A stretch of 64,000 nucleotides of DNA from positions 3,109,106 to 3,173,105 of the forward strand of contig CAVNZM010000003.1 of the NCBI GenBank assembly GCA_963693365.1. Reading direction: 5' to 3'. Positions 1 to 12,860 of this stretch are shown here, in pieces. The position numbers and the translations under genes were made by a program. Numbering within the stretch: the first letter of the stretch is position 1; every line of letters starts with the position of its first letter. The stretch is from Amoebidium appalachense (Eukaryota; Protista; Ichthyosporea). Below the pieces are notes generated by a model. The model was not told the DNA's origin. It saw nothing but the letters and a program-made list of their open reading frames with translations, and did no database searches.

Positions 1-110
1 TGTGCTTGCATGGGTGTGTTAAGGTGTGTGCTTGCATGGGTGTGTTAAGGTGTGTGCATGTATGGGTGTGTTAAGGTGTGTGCTTGCATGGGTGTGTGGG
101 TGTGTACCTC
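1..110. repeat. ~27-bp minisatellite (tgtgcttgcatgggtgtgttaaggtg)
   Basis: About 3-4 tandem degenerate units at the window start, intronic. Confidence 0.7.
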
Positions 111-281
111 CGTGGGTGTGTTTGGGTGTGTGCATGCATGGATGTGTGTGGGTGTGTGCATGCATGTGTATGTGCATGCATGTACCTGCATGTGTATGGG
201 CAGGTGCTACGCATCGGTGTGCCCATTCCCTGTGCAGCAGCTGGTGCTGCCATGGCCACGTGCTGAACGTGCCTTTTGCAG

Positions 282-775
282 TACTCTGTGTACGGGCAGG
301 GCCAGAGCATCTTCCGAGAGGGGGAGTTTGGCACGGAGATGTTTGTGCTGGCCGTGGGGGAGGTGGAGATGGCAAAGGAGCTTGTGCACGTGTACACACA
401 CATCGACCCAGGTATGCCTGCCTGCCATGTGCGTGTGTAGAGGGTGTGTGTGTGTGTGTTCCGTTGAGGCTCAAATGTATGCAAGAGGGAAGGAGGGGTG
501 GAGGTGCAGAGCGCTATTTGCACGTGCCCTGTGTGTCTGCTCACGTGCCATGTGCAGACAACCCCGAGCCATCTGCGCCCGAGGTGCGGCGCTATGTGTC
601 GGGGGAGTACTTTGGGGAGTTCAGCCTGTGCATGAATCTGCCCCGGCTGGCTTCAGCCACGTGCACCGCCCCCACCCTGCTGCTGCGCCTGGGCGGCCAG
701 GAGCTACTGAAGATCTTGAAGCTGGTGCCTGAGATGAGAAAGACTTGGAAGGTGGGGGGGGGGGGGGGGGGGGGA

Positions 776-809
<34 letters not shown>

Positions 810-2228
810 GGATGGCTGTGAACCCTGGTCACCATATGGGTGGTGTGATGTTGGTGGCTGTTGGTGTGTGTAGATGAGGTGTGGGTGCATGGCCAAGGGA
901 GAGAGATAGGGTTGGGTTGGGGGGTGGGGGGGGGGGGGGTGGGGGGGAAATACTGTGGGGGGTGGGGGGTGGGGGGAGGGGGAGGGGGGAGACTGTACTA
1001 GTCAATGTAGGGAGGGGGGAGAGATTGGGGGGGGGAAGACTGTAAATGGGGGGGGGGGGGGGGGGGGGTTTCTTAAAGTTGTGACGGATGATAGGAGCAT
1101 CTGTTTCTCTATGCCGGAGGCAAGATAGTGTTGGCATGGTGGAACTTCGTCAGGCCTATATGAGCATGCACGTGCATTCATAGATGTGTACATGGCTACG
1201 TGTGGAGCCCTACCTAGTGTTGGGTGTACGTTTGGCTGTGCATGTAAGTGGATGTGTTTGAACCAATGGCTTGCCGATGCTGCCAGCAGGTGTCCACCCA
1301 CGGTGTGCCCCATGCATGAGTCGTTAATGTGTGTGTGGGCTGGCACATGTTTGCGTTTTTGCCCACCATGCAGGTGTGAGATACTTATGTGGCTAACTAA
1401 GTTGCGGCTATAGTGAGAGTGCTGACAGTGGGCCCACAGGCATCATTTGAGGCCACCGTCAAGGCACGTGTGCTTGCCCAGCTGCAGGAGTTTGAGGTGC
1501 CCTTCCTGGCTGAGTTTGGTGACAAGGTACATGGCGTGCTGCTGCATGTTGCATGGTTTGCCTCAAGACGGCAGCCCGTATGTGGGCACACACTGGTGCA
1601 GTCCCCATGCATGCCTTCACATGATGGCATAATCATGACAACAACCCAATCGCATAGCATGCACGCGCACTGACCCACGTGTGCAGGAGTACAGCCGCAT
1701 GGCCGAGCTGACGCAGCTGCAGCACATGCTCAAGGACCAGGTGGTCTTTGCCGAGGGCTCAAAGGTGAGCACTATGTGTGCCTGGGCTGTTGGTTGCTGG
1801 GGGGGGGGGGGGGGGGAGAGGGGGGAGGCAAACTGGTGCACGTATTATTGGATGCAGGGGGAGGGGGGAAGTGGGCCGAAATGTTTTTGTATGTGCTATT
1901 GGGTCGGGGGGGGGGGGGGGGGGGGCAAGTCGGATGCAGGGGGGCGGGGAGGTGGGGGGAGGCGGAGGCCAAGTTGTGCTTGTACGTGCTAATGCATGCA
2001 TGGGGAACCATATCTCATGGATGCTGACCCGTGAACAGGGTAACATGTTCTACATGATAGCTGATGGGGAGTGCAAGGCATCGGTCAACGGTGTGAATGT
2101 GTCTGTCATGGGCCCAGGCAGGTGAGTGCGCTATTCTTTGCAGAGAGAGAGGGGGGTGGCTGGGGGGAGGAGAGGGGGGGGGGGGAGAGAGAGAGATAGA
2201 GAGAGGGGAGAGGGAGAGAGAGAGGGAA

Positions 2229-2260
<32 letters not shown>

Positions 2261-2266
2261 GGATAG

Positions 2267-2314
<48 letters not shown>

Positions 2315-2771
2315 TGTGTGTGTGTGTGTGCGTGCGTGTGTGTGTGTGTGTGTGGTGGGGGGTTAGGGGGAGGGGAGGAGGGGGGGTGGGGGGGGTGGGG
2401 TGGGGGGTTAGGGGGAGGGGAGGGGAGGGGGGTGGGGGGGGTGGGGTGGGGGGAGGGGGGAGGGGAAGTAATTGGGGTCACGAGCGCGTGTGTGAGGGCG
2501 GGAAGAAGCGTAGAAAGGTGGGGAATATGTGCATTGCTAGGTTTGAGGGCATTTGCATGGACTTAAACTGACTGTTTTGCTGCAGCTACTTTGGGGAGAT
2601 AGCGCTAGTCAAGGACACACCGCGCACAGCCACAGTAACCACCAGCAAGGCCTGCCTGATGCTGGTCTGCAAGAAGCAGGCCTTCACCAAGCTGTTTGCT
2701 GAGCTGCCTAGTGTCGAGGCTGACTTCCAGGCACACCTGGCACCCCATGACATGAAGATAGAGGTGTGCGC

Positions 2772-2804
<33 letters not shown>

Positions 2805-4315
2805 TATACGTGTTGGGGTTATGTGTGGTTTGGCTTAGGGGAAGATTAAACCAGCTTGGACGGGCAGTTCTTTAGGAGGTTTACTGGTGGTGTGGAGCAT
2901 CAAACAGCGCGCGGGGGTAAAGGCTTGCGGGTTGGGGTTGTGCCAAAGCATTTGTTATAGGAATGTTGTTCTGTCTTGGAGGTACAGTGGTCTGGGAGCT
3001 TGTGGGCTGTTCTGTCTGCTTATGGTAGTGCTGTAGTATGGTCTCTGCATGTGGCACAGACACTCACAGACACACACACAGCACATTATCCACCACAAGA
3101 CGGCACTGCGCTACTTCACGCAGCAGCTGGAGGAGGAATTCAGCGATGAGAATCTTAAGTTTGTGCGGAGGATCACAGAGTACAGGGTCTTAGCGGACGG
3201 TGACCCGGCTCAGGTCTGCATAACCGCTCCCAGCTTACAATTGAACATGTGTACCCCTCGAATTATTCTTTATCCTCCCCCCCCCCCCCCCCCCCCACCT
3301 CCCCCCGCCTCCGTCCCCCCTTTTTCTCTTGTCTGAATAACCCCATTATCCCCATTAATCATCGGCAGCAGACGCTCACAGCACAGCGGTTTCACATCAC
3401 AAGCAGTGTGCACGCTTGCTGCTACTATGCATGCCAAAGGGCGGATGAGCACACGTGCCCAACTCGTGCATGATACAGAGCGGCACACTAGCCCCCATCA
3501 TGCAAAGCATTGCCGTGTGTTAAGTCTGAGGCCCTAGCCACACGTGAACTGTGTATGAAATACAAGGCCTTAGCTGTGCAAACGTGTTTAAACCAGAAAA
3601 ACGAAGAAGAAACCTAAACAACGCAACCCAAATTGTGAAGCATAAAAAGAAAAGGGCAAGAGAGGGAAAAAACCTCTCGGGCAGACAAGTTGATACGTTT
3701 ACGTTTTCCACGTGTGGCACACCAGTATTCACCCTGATGTTTTTCCCTCATTCATGCCTGGCCCACATGCAGTATGCTGAGGCGGAAAGCATCTATCGCA
3801 CGCACCTTGCCCCCGATGCCGAGGTGCCTGTCAACATCCCAGCCCCCCTCTACAAGGCAGTCAGGGACCAGCTGGCACAGCACTCGGCTGACAGGTAAAC
3901 CCAGAGCACCCCATAGCGCACACACCCCACCCTTACCTCTCAACCACCCACTAGCATATATCCACACACCCACACATCCACACACCCACACATGCACCCA
4001 CTAGCATATATCCACACACCCACACATGCACCCACTAGCATATATCCACACACCCACACACCCACCCACTAGCATATATCCACACACCCACACATCCACC
4101 CACTAGCATATATCCACACACCCACACATGCACCCACTAGCATATATCCACACACCCACACATCCACCCACTAGCATATATCCACACACCCACACACCCA
4201 CCCACTAGCATATATCCACACACCCACACATACACCCACTAGCATATATCCACACACCCACACACCCACACATCCACACACCTACCCCACCACCACCACC
4301 ACCACCACCCACCAA

Positions 4316-4348
<33 letters not shown>

Positions 4349-5903
4349 TGCCTGCCCGCCCCATTCCCCCCGTATGCTTCTTCACACCGATGCACAGGAT
4401 AACCGACACCATAACCGAGCCATAGCTTTCATTCGAATCATCTTTTGAGCAAATCATGCCCCCCCCCCCCTTTATTCCGTTGAGATAATGACCAATGGCT
4501 GTGCTGTTTTCAGGAGCATGTTCAACCTGTGTCTGGTGCACATCCTGCACGTCCTGTCCACAGACAGCCTGCAGCGCTTCAAGCGCGGCAAGTACTTCAA
4601 GGTGGGCTCTCTCCCCGTAGCTTTTCTGTCCTCAAAGTCATTTGTCATTTTCATGGCCCCATCATCCCCCTTGCTGGTGCAAAATCAATCCGAACCTACC
4701 GTGCATGTTCACAGATATGCCGCAGCATCTCGATTCACGTGTGCATGCCCTTGCAACCGCTGCCAAGGAGTTGTGCATGTGCATGTGCTTGGCCATTTGG
4801 ATGATCTTTTTGTTTTCGGTCACGAGACTAACTGGGTGGTGTGCAGGAGTTTGTGGACTCCCTGCACACGTACAAGGGGGTGAGTGAGGAGGTGCGCATT
4901 GGCCGGTTCAACCGCAGCTTCACCACCCTCAAGACCCTGAGCGTCACACAGGTGCCCCTGCAGCAGCAACAGACCGTCCAGGAGGTGAGCCCATGCCTGT
5001 GTTGTCTGCTTGTTCTTTGGCTGCCGTGCATTTCTGTGTTTTGTGTGGGGGGTGCACCTGTGTGTGGGTGTCGGTGTGGGTGTTTCCTTTTGGGTGGGCG
5101 GAAGGGGGGGGGGGGGGGGGGGGGGGGGGGAAAGGGGGGGGAAACGAGAAGGGGGCAGGGGGTGGTGGTGGTGGTGGAGTACACCGGGGAGGGGGGGATT
5201 TTGCGCTGGCCTCCCTTCACTTTGCACATGGGCGCTGTGTGCATGCTGCATGCACGTGGTGCACGCCAACTGCAGCACGCCTGCACTCTCTGTTGCTCAC
5301 AATTGGCCACCCAACTCTGCCTGACACACTGTGCTGCAGGAACCAACCACGGCACCCACAGAGAGTGCCAGCCCAACCACCCCCAGCACAGAGGGTGCAC
5401 CTGCCCGGGCCAGCACAGAGGGTGCACCTGCCCGGGCCAGCACAGAGGGTGCACCTGCCCGGGCCAGCACAGAGGGTGCACCTGCCCGGGCCAGCACAGA
5501 GGGTGCACCTGCCCGGGCCAGCACAGGCAGCCCCCCCACATCCCGGCCATCCCTGCCTCGACTAGTGCAGTTTGCGGTGGACTTGGTGCGTAGAGCAAGT
5601 CAGCCCGGTGAGGGTAGTGGCCGCCCACCATCTAGGCCCGTATCGGTGGGCAGTTTGCAGCAGCAAAGAGTGGCTGTGCATGAGGAGAGAGAGGGGGGGC
5701 ATGCAGGGAAGGAGGGGAGGAACGATGAGGGTGGGAACACAGAAAACGAGGGAAGACACGAGGGAACAGAGCCCGAGGGGCACATAGGGAAAGAGGGGAG
5801 CAAGGAGGCCCATGTGGTGGCACTGGGCGCCTCCGGGGGAGCAACACAGGTTGCAGATATAGTCGAGGGAAGTAGAGAGCAGCAGATCAGCACGGCTGCA
5901 TAG
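282..5903 (+). CDS. Tandem cyclic-nucleotide-binding (cNMP) domains + RGS domain protein, 5'-partial, multi-exon
   Basis: Phase-consistent GT-AG exons 282-411, 558-751, 1440-1526, 1687-1764, 2039-2121, 2586-2763, 3082-3213, 3773-3894, 4514-4601, 4847-4984, 5340-5903. cNMP motifs IFREGEFGTEMFVLAVGEV...YFGEFSLCMNLPRLASA and VFAEGSKGNMFYMIADGE...YFGEIALVKDTPRTATV. RGS motifs FTQQLEEEFSDENLKF, IYRTHLAPDAEVPVNI, DSLQRFKRGKYF. Confidence 0.9.
3944..4275. repeat. ~33-bp intronic minisatellite (cacccactagcatatatccacacacccacaca..)
   Basis: About 9 tandem units within intron 3895-4513. Confidence 0.85.
5383..5526 (+). repeat. 27-bp coding tandem repeat (STEGAPARA x5)
   Basis: ccagcacagagggtgcacctgcccggg repeated 5 times in frame in the last exon. 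Confidence 0.9.
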
Positions 5904-6053
5904 GCGACACAAGCATAGATATGTGTTAGGCCATATGCGCACGTGGTAGTATTTAGTAATTGTATGGTGCGGTTGCTTCCCTCCTTTTTTTTTTCTTTTT
6001 TTTTTTCCCGTGGTTGTTGTTGTCGCACAGGGAGAGGGGCCCCGGGGGGGAAG

Positions 6054-6094
<41 letters not shown>

Positions 6095-6519
6095 CTGTAC
6101 ACACGGACTATGTACAGGGATGACTGGGCAACATAGCGGGTGCCCGATAGGAACGAATTGATGTGGTGTTTGGGATAAAAGTTCTATGCATCATCTGGAT
6201 ACAAGGAGATCTGGATAATCTATTATGCAGCACCTAGCTAGATATGTGACTCTAATTCTATGCAGTGTCCTCTGTGTTAGAATGAAATGGGCCCTGATGC
6301 GGGCCATGGGTACGTATGGAGGGTTTCTGTACATTTGTCACCACTTGCAGCTTACAACGCTGGCATGGACGGTCTGTCTACATCTGCTGATTGCATACAC
6401 TTACAACTTATTTAGGTGGGACCCACTGAATATATTCCAAACCAACGGATGAAAGAACACACACACATGTGGCTGCCAGCAGCCATCACAAGGTGCCCCC
6501 CCCCCCCCCCCCCCCCCCC

Positions 6520-6567
<48 letters not shown>

Positions 6568-6570
<3 letters not shown>

Positions 6571-8111
6571 CGAGACCAGGGCCACATATCCGTCAGCTGC
6601 CCATGGGCGCCACAGCACCCTAACTGGCCCCCTCCTTTCTGACAGGGTGCCCTTCATTGCCTCCGTGTGAGCCCTGCTGCTGCAAACGGGTGTGGCCCCT
6701 GGGGGTGCATCGTGGTGATGGGGTGCATGTGGGTGGGGGCTAGCTAGTGTGGGTGTGGGGCTGCTTGGCCCCACATCACTATCCTGCATGCATGAGGAAT
6801 AATAGTAATACCAGTTAGACCGCGGCACCACAAAAGGCATGTGTGGGGCAGTGGTGTAAGGGTTGAAGGTGTTGTGTGTGCTGCTGACACAGCCTGCCGC
6901 CAATATAATTCAATGGAGCAAACCATTCATTTTTTGCTCGACTCGTGACTTCCACTTGGTCTAGTCCGTCTAAACATGCCCTTTACCGCACTTCAAACTG
7001 TTTTCAAACCCCGGAACGGAAGTATCCGGGTGGCAGTTCGTGGTGAAAAGAGTGTCTTCTTATGATCAACCTTTTTTATTTTTTTTTATTTGCCCTTTGG
7101 TGGGAGTGGTGGTGGGTGGTGGAGAGGGCAAGAGGGAAGGGGAAGGGGGGAGGGGGGAGGGAGGGGGGAGGGTAGGTCTAGCTGATAGCTTTCAATGACG
7201 GAAGTAGCTGTTTCTGGCTAAGTTTCAGCATAGAGTTGTCCTAACTAACATTAACAATGAAAATATGCTCGTGTGAGACGGGTAGAGTGATGACTTACCG
7301 TTTGCGCCGGGGTAGTGCTGGCTGGGGAGGGGGGGCCAGAGGAGTATGGCGGGTGCTGGGTGGGGGGGGTCATAGAGTTGCACCCAGCCATTAACGATCG
7401 GCCGACGTGCTGCCTCATTGGTCAGATGTGCTGTGTTCATGGTCCTGTGGGCATTGCGATTGGTGTGAGGCACATGCAGGAATGTGGAGCATTGTGCAGG
7501 GTTCACAGTCACTGGTTGTCCAACACCATTTGTGACAAACCTCTCGTATCTTCTAATTCAAAAAGCACTCAGGGCATAGTATATGTGTGTTTGCATGCTC
7601 ATATTACTTGCGTGCACAATGCCCCTGGCGACAAAATCTTAATTTTTATCCTATATACACAATATATCAGTGTGTTACCGAGAGACATATGTGCTGTTCT
7701 TTGCACAGGGTGTGCTACAATCCCAAGCAGTACTGTAACATATCATGTATGCAGTGCCCCGTAACATTTCAAATTTTTTAAAAAAAAAATGCCCCACGAA
7801 CATGGAAACTAGGCTGAGTGGTGTATATGTGCAAACATAACCCACCTTCTGACGTGCCTGAGCCACACATGCCTCTCGATGTTGTGGCGTTTGGAGGGAC
7901 GTCTGCGGCCCAGGCAGTTGGGATGGCTGCACACGTAAAGGGTCCGTCCCATGCTCGGCACAGCTGCCACACAACCAGCTACCTCGGTACCTGTATCTAT
8001 GTTCGTGGGTTGACGGTCGAAGTGTTTATGCTGGACGACCACGCCGAAACTTGATGGTCCCTTGTTGTTATTATAATATGCTGATGGCCGGTACCGGTAA
8101 TTTTCAATCAT
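6568..8111 (-). CDS. Hypothetical ~281-aa protein with one atypical C2H2 zinc-finger-like motif
   Basis: Exons 8111-7846, 7552-7299, 6893-6568 join in phase (846 nt), with donors gtggg and gtaagt. Motif YVCSHPNCLGRRRPSKRHNIERHVWLRH. Confidence 0.55.
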
Positions 8112-9959
8112 GAGAGTTGAAATATGGACCCAGGTCCTTCACCGGCCGGCATCCGGACGGAAAACAGACAATTATTATTGCAGTGTGTGGGTTGGAGTTT
8201 ATAGGGACTTTACGATTTCATAAGTAGCCACTATTCCGTTTAAGTACGTTCTTGTGTGGGTTACCTAAAGACTTGTATGTTTCGAATTGATGTCAAGTGC
8301 AGTTGTAATTACTGGTTTGCAGGGAACTAAAAAAAGAAAGAGGCCTCGAGACTCAATTAATATTAGACTCGTAGCGCTGCAATCAAAAGAGACGGAATAG
8401 CACCCACTTTCTATAGGGCTAATGTAGTAGTCTTTTTATTAACCTCTTTCTTTTTCAAAAGGCTTCTTAGTAGATGTCCATAATATGATATCCGATATCA
8501 GTCTACCCATGTACCTTTAGATTCACTTATGACAAGTCTCATCATCAGAATCAAAAGAGGCGGTGGAGCTGCTGGAGCACCGTAAGTGCAAATAATATGG
8601 CTGACCTGTATTTAATTAATTTGTCTAACTTCTTCCGTACAGATTTTACTGAAACTTAGTATAAATACTTGGCATGAATATCAAAACTTAGCTACGGCAG
8701 TTCACATCCAAATATCATTAGGACTGCCTGCTCGTGCACTGCAGACACGTGCACGTCTAAGGAACGTTCAGCACATGTGCATGTTCCTTCAACTGCGCGA
8801 ACCGGTACATATGTGCATGCGGTACTAGTGCTGGTGACAGATCACTCAACCTACATGCAAATGGGGCTCAGGTTGGTCCGTTTTCAACTTTAAACCCCGG
8901 AGTCAACAACACGCACGATAAAGAGCCATTGACCTAGGCTGCACGTGTGCATGTGGTGGCACCATCGGCACCCACTTTGTGCCGTTGGGAACGGAACACG
9001 CTTGGAAAGAAAAATGCATTTGAGCCAGTGCGCCTGCATGCCTGACCAATCACAAAATGGTAGTATAAGTAGGATTTATAAAATTGTGATTAAAAGCCAA
9101 TGAAAAGCGACGAGTCTTTCAACAGGGCTTGAACAGGCTCATCGAAGGACGTTGCCGCATTGTCGCGCTCGCATCAACAACACGCGCTCCGATTGATATT
9201 ATCTTTGTACCAAAAAGTAAATTATTGACACTTAGTACTATTTATATAACATCATAATTTTTTTTCTTCCTCTTCTAATTGGGCTACCATGCTTGTATGC
9301 TCTTTCATGCATGGACCACCTTTCCAGAACTATGCACATGGACATAACAGCCAGTCATCATCTTCCTGCGATCTACATACTTTCCCAGAACAATTATATT
9401 TCATTGGCTGGCTCATATTCTTAACCAATCATTTGGTTTGTTGACCTAGATTGCTAGATCTGGCTCAGATTCACCTCTGGCCAGGTCAAGTCAGCACGTG
9501 GTTGATTAGCACGGACATGTACACACACAAATTGGTGGTACTACGTATGAATCACGTACATACTACACACGCTGTGACAGACACGCACACACACACACAC
9601 ACACACACTGACACACACACGCACACACGCACGCAGATACACACACACAAACACACACACACACACACACACGTGCACACACACACACACACCGTATTAC
9701 CACTACAGGCATGAGCACTTCTTTAGAGTTACTCCCGGCGGGCTCCCATGTGGCCAAGGCGACATGCAGAGTACCACCTCGTCATATCTGTTCTAGTACC
9801 GTACGTGCACATGCACATCTCTGCCATCTGCTTGAAACCTCTTCACCCCTCCCCAGGGCCCACTCCCCCCCCCCCCCCCCCTCTCCATCCCCTCCTCTAT
9901 CTATTTTTTTCTCTCTCTTCCCCCGCCTCCCCCTCCCCCTGACCCCCACCCCTCTCGTT

Positions 9960-10043
9960 TCTCTCTCTGTCCTCCCTATCCCCCACTCCCTCTCTTCCTC
10001 CTTTCCTCTCTCTCTCTCCTTCTCTCTCTCCCTCCTCTCTCCC

Positions 10044-10122
<79 letters not shown>

Positions 10123-10153
10123 GTCTGTCTCCCCCCCCCCCCCTCTCTCTTTG

Positions 10154-10236
<83 letters not shown>

Positions 10237-10253
10237 CTCTCTCTCTCTCTCTT

Positions 10254-10310
<57 letters not shown>

Positions 10311-10400
10311 CCTCCCTGTCCCCCCCCCCCCCCCTATCTCTATCTCTCTCTCCCCCCCCTTCTCCCTCTCTCTCTCCCCCTCCCCGCCCCCTCTCTCTCA
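9960..10400. repeat. Compound (CT)n/(CA)n/poly-C microsatellite
   Basis: Directly visible; representative of many similar tracts in the window. Confidence 0.95.
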
Positions 10401-10513
10401 TCTCTGTTATGATACTTCGAGATTATGTTCCCCGCATCGTTTCCAAAATTTAAACTGATATGCATCGGGCCAATTGGACTTGATAAATATGTAACACCTG
10501 TTGTGTACTAATA

Positions 10514-10600
10514 GAGGGCGACCGTGGCTTAGTGGTCAAGGAACTCAAATCACGATGCAGTGATTCTGAAGGTGTGGGTTCAATTCCCGGCCGATCCTCT
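10514..10600 (+). promoter_or_regulatory. tRNA-derived head (Pol III internal promoter; not a functional tRNA)
   Basis: A box TGGCTTAGTGG 10525-10535 and B box GGTTCAATTCC 10577-10587. The anticodon arm is replaced by an aatcac/gtgatt hairpin and the acceptor stem is imperfect. Confidence 0.8.
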
Positions 10601-10602
10601 TT

Positions 10603-11479
10603 CTTTATGGACTTCCGCTATTGGCCTGCGCCCCACCTCGCGAAGGCGGCCGTGGCGCTGAAAGAGTTCGACGATTTTCAGGGTACTGCGCTGCGCACAA
10701 TTGTTTCGTACTCGGTTTGTGCCTCCCTTAATCAGTATGTTTGGATTGTCGTCTGCTGTTTGTCGTATGGAGGAATTGTCTCTTCGTTTTTGTTTTCATT
10801 TAGTTAGGATACCTGATGGTCACCCTCTTTATGCTGTGCTTTCTTTCCCCCCCCTCCCTCCATCCCTCTTCCCACCAATTCACCCACGCTACTTCTGAAT
10901 GTCCTCAGCCTACCCTCTTTCAACCTGATTCTTCCTCTCGCTATCTCACTCCCTCTTTCTTTTCCCTTCCTGTTTTTTCTGCCTTTTCGCGTTATTACCA
11001 TACGCAGTATAAGTTTCTTTCTCGTTCTGATAGAGAAATCAAAGGTAAAACTCAGTCGGCATGTGTTATGTTCCTTAGACAACACCGTACTGATCATTAT
11101 CGCTTTTTGGGAGCTTTGGCAGGATATATTTCTCCTGCTGTACGTATGGATACTACCCTAGTAGATAAGTCTGTATGGTGCTCTGATGTTGATATTGCCT
11201 GGGAAGTTGTGCAGTGGCGTTCTAATTTTTGTTTTCATCGCCGCTGGTGCCACTTTTGTGCTGAACTTTTTAATCGCAAGCATGTTGATAGGTGTGAGTT
11301 TTTATGTCGTGTTTCAAAGTTTACCTCTTTCCCTACGGGTGTCTGCTACACTGGCTGGCAATGTGACCACTTTAGACTTTTTGTTGAATTCTGTTGGTGA
11401 CCGTCATATTGAGTATTTATATGATTTTCACACAGTGTTCAGGTATCTCAGTATGCACTTGTTACTGAATAACTCGTGA
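10603..11479 (+). pseudogene. Frameshifted C-terminal portion of ORF2 from a second, divergent LINE family
   Basis: Across frames it aligns by eye with the C-terminus of the 13347 ORF2: YGLPLLA vs YGLPLLA, SMFGL..HPLY vs SIYGL..HPLF, YISPAVR..VQWRSN..FNRKH vs YILPSCR..IQWRSN..FNRSC, TLDFLLN vs ILDFILN. It contains a C-x2-C-x7-H-x3-C knuckle. Confidence 0.8.
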
Positions 11480-11537
11480 AGTCTTTATTGCCTTCTTAGT
11501 GTGCCGTGCATACTTGCATATCTTTTCGAGGAAATCC

Positions 11538-12456
11538 AGTCAAAAGAAAAAAATATTTTCGCCTTCACTTTCACTTCGATCTCTTAGCTGTCACTTCAAC
11601 TTTTTTTCCCGATTCTTCACCATGGCAGGTATATAAAGGCTTTCGTTTCTTCTTTTTGTTCGTGGGAGGGAGTCCCACTCAGGGGAACGTGACTGCAGCG
11701 TGTGTGTGGTGTGGCCTGGTGTATTCCTACTGCCGCGAGAGTGTGGGGGCATCTCCCTTTCGCGGAGTTTCTCGCTTGAGAAGTGGTTTCTTCAGCGCCT
11801 GGTGGTCCACTGCAACCTATGGTAACTTCTACACGCTGTCTACGCTTCTACGCGACCTATTGGCGGTGGGCTGCTGCAACTTCTTCAGCTACTTCTGCGC
11901 TGCGTGAGTGGAGGGGCGGCTACTTGGTCGTCGGGGAGCTTTCCAAATGACTGCCAGCCCTTATCCTCCAGTCGTATGGCAATGACCGGGTTTGCTTGCA
12001 TGCATTCTGTAATTGTGTTTTTCTGTGTGTCCTGCCTCAACTAGGCCACCTTATCAGGGAGCTAGATGCAGTTTCGCCGGGTTATCTAGGGGCCGGGCCC
12101 GTTGGGATTGTTCTTTAGCTCAGATTTGTTCTGCATTGCTCTTTCAGAGGCTGACTTGCTTGCTGTGCCTCGGTAGGTTTTGAGGGGGGCCTGTTGGGAA
12201 GCAGCAGTAATGATGTCTTCTTGCGGAGTGTGGTCTGGTCAACATCGATGCATATGACTAGTTGGAGCAAACTAGTTTCAAGCATACACGTACACTTAAG
12301 GTTTTGCCCGCTGGTGTCCTTTGTCACTTGTCGCTTTATTTTTATTTCGTAGCTTTTGCTTTTTCAGTTCTATTGGTGGTTATGTAGCCTGTGGCTGCAC
12401 GTTGCCTTCATCAACGGATCAATAAAACCGAGTCAAAAGAAAAAAATATTTTCGCC
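11538..12456. repeat. 867-bp segment flanked by a perfect 26-bp direct repeat
   Basis: agtcaaaagaaaaaaatattttcgcc at 11538-11563 and 12431-12456. Confidence 0.8.
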
Positions 12457-12860
12457 AGTTGGTCTAAGCCAATGCGCCAGCCAGGCCAATTTCTGTACAG
12501 TACCCGGTCCCGCGGCTGCCCGCGTGACTATTCAATGACGTCACGAACTGCACTGGCCTCTCTGACGTCATCTCGTTCGTGCGCTACCGAGGTTTTTCAT
12601 CCGTTGGCTGCGCTGGAAAACGCAGTAGGCCGTCGAATGTGGCTGGGCCTCCGGCAGCGTCCACGCTGTAAACCCCATACCCATCCGGTGGATCGAGCAG
12701 TCCTGAGTTCCGGGCCAAGATCTGCGATGGCCTCTCCGGGCACGGTCTTCCTCCGGCCTGGCCCACGGGCCACGGTGTCAAGTAATCAAGGTGTCACAAC
12801 AAGGGCGTCCCCGGCATAAACAGGCGGTTGATTCCCGCCGCAGCACTAATCATTGGGGTC

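Noticed and set aside
3538-3718. MITE in the RGS intron (gccacacgtg...cacgtgtggc)
   Set aside because: The 10-bp inverted match is built on the very common cacgtg palindrome, and there is no TSD.
3944-5526. CRISPR-like arrays (33-bp and 27-bp repeats)
   Set aside because: Head-to-tail units without unique spacers, no cas genes, and a eukaryotic intron/exon context.
10514-10600. Functional tRNA gene
   Set aside because: The anticodon arm is non-canonical, D/T/acceptor stems have mismatches, and it sits exactly at a TSD boundary; interpreted as a retroelement head. The same applies to 30651-30725.
10590-10690. HDV-like ribozyme at the 5' end of the LINE
   Set aside because: A consistent nested double pseudoknot could not be built, and the sequence is explained as ORF2-derived.
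10816-11479. LINE ORF1 or a two-TM membrane protein (ORF 11186-11479)
   Set aside because: The region is a frameshifted ORF2 C-terminus; the hydrophobic stretch is an off-frame reading of T-rich DNA.
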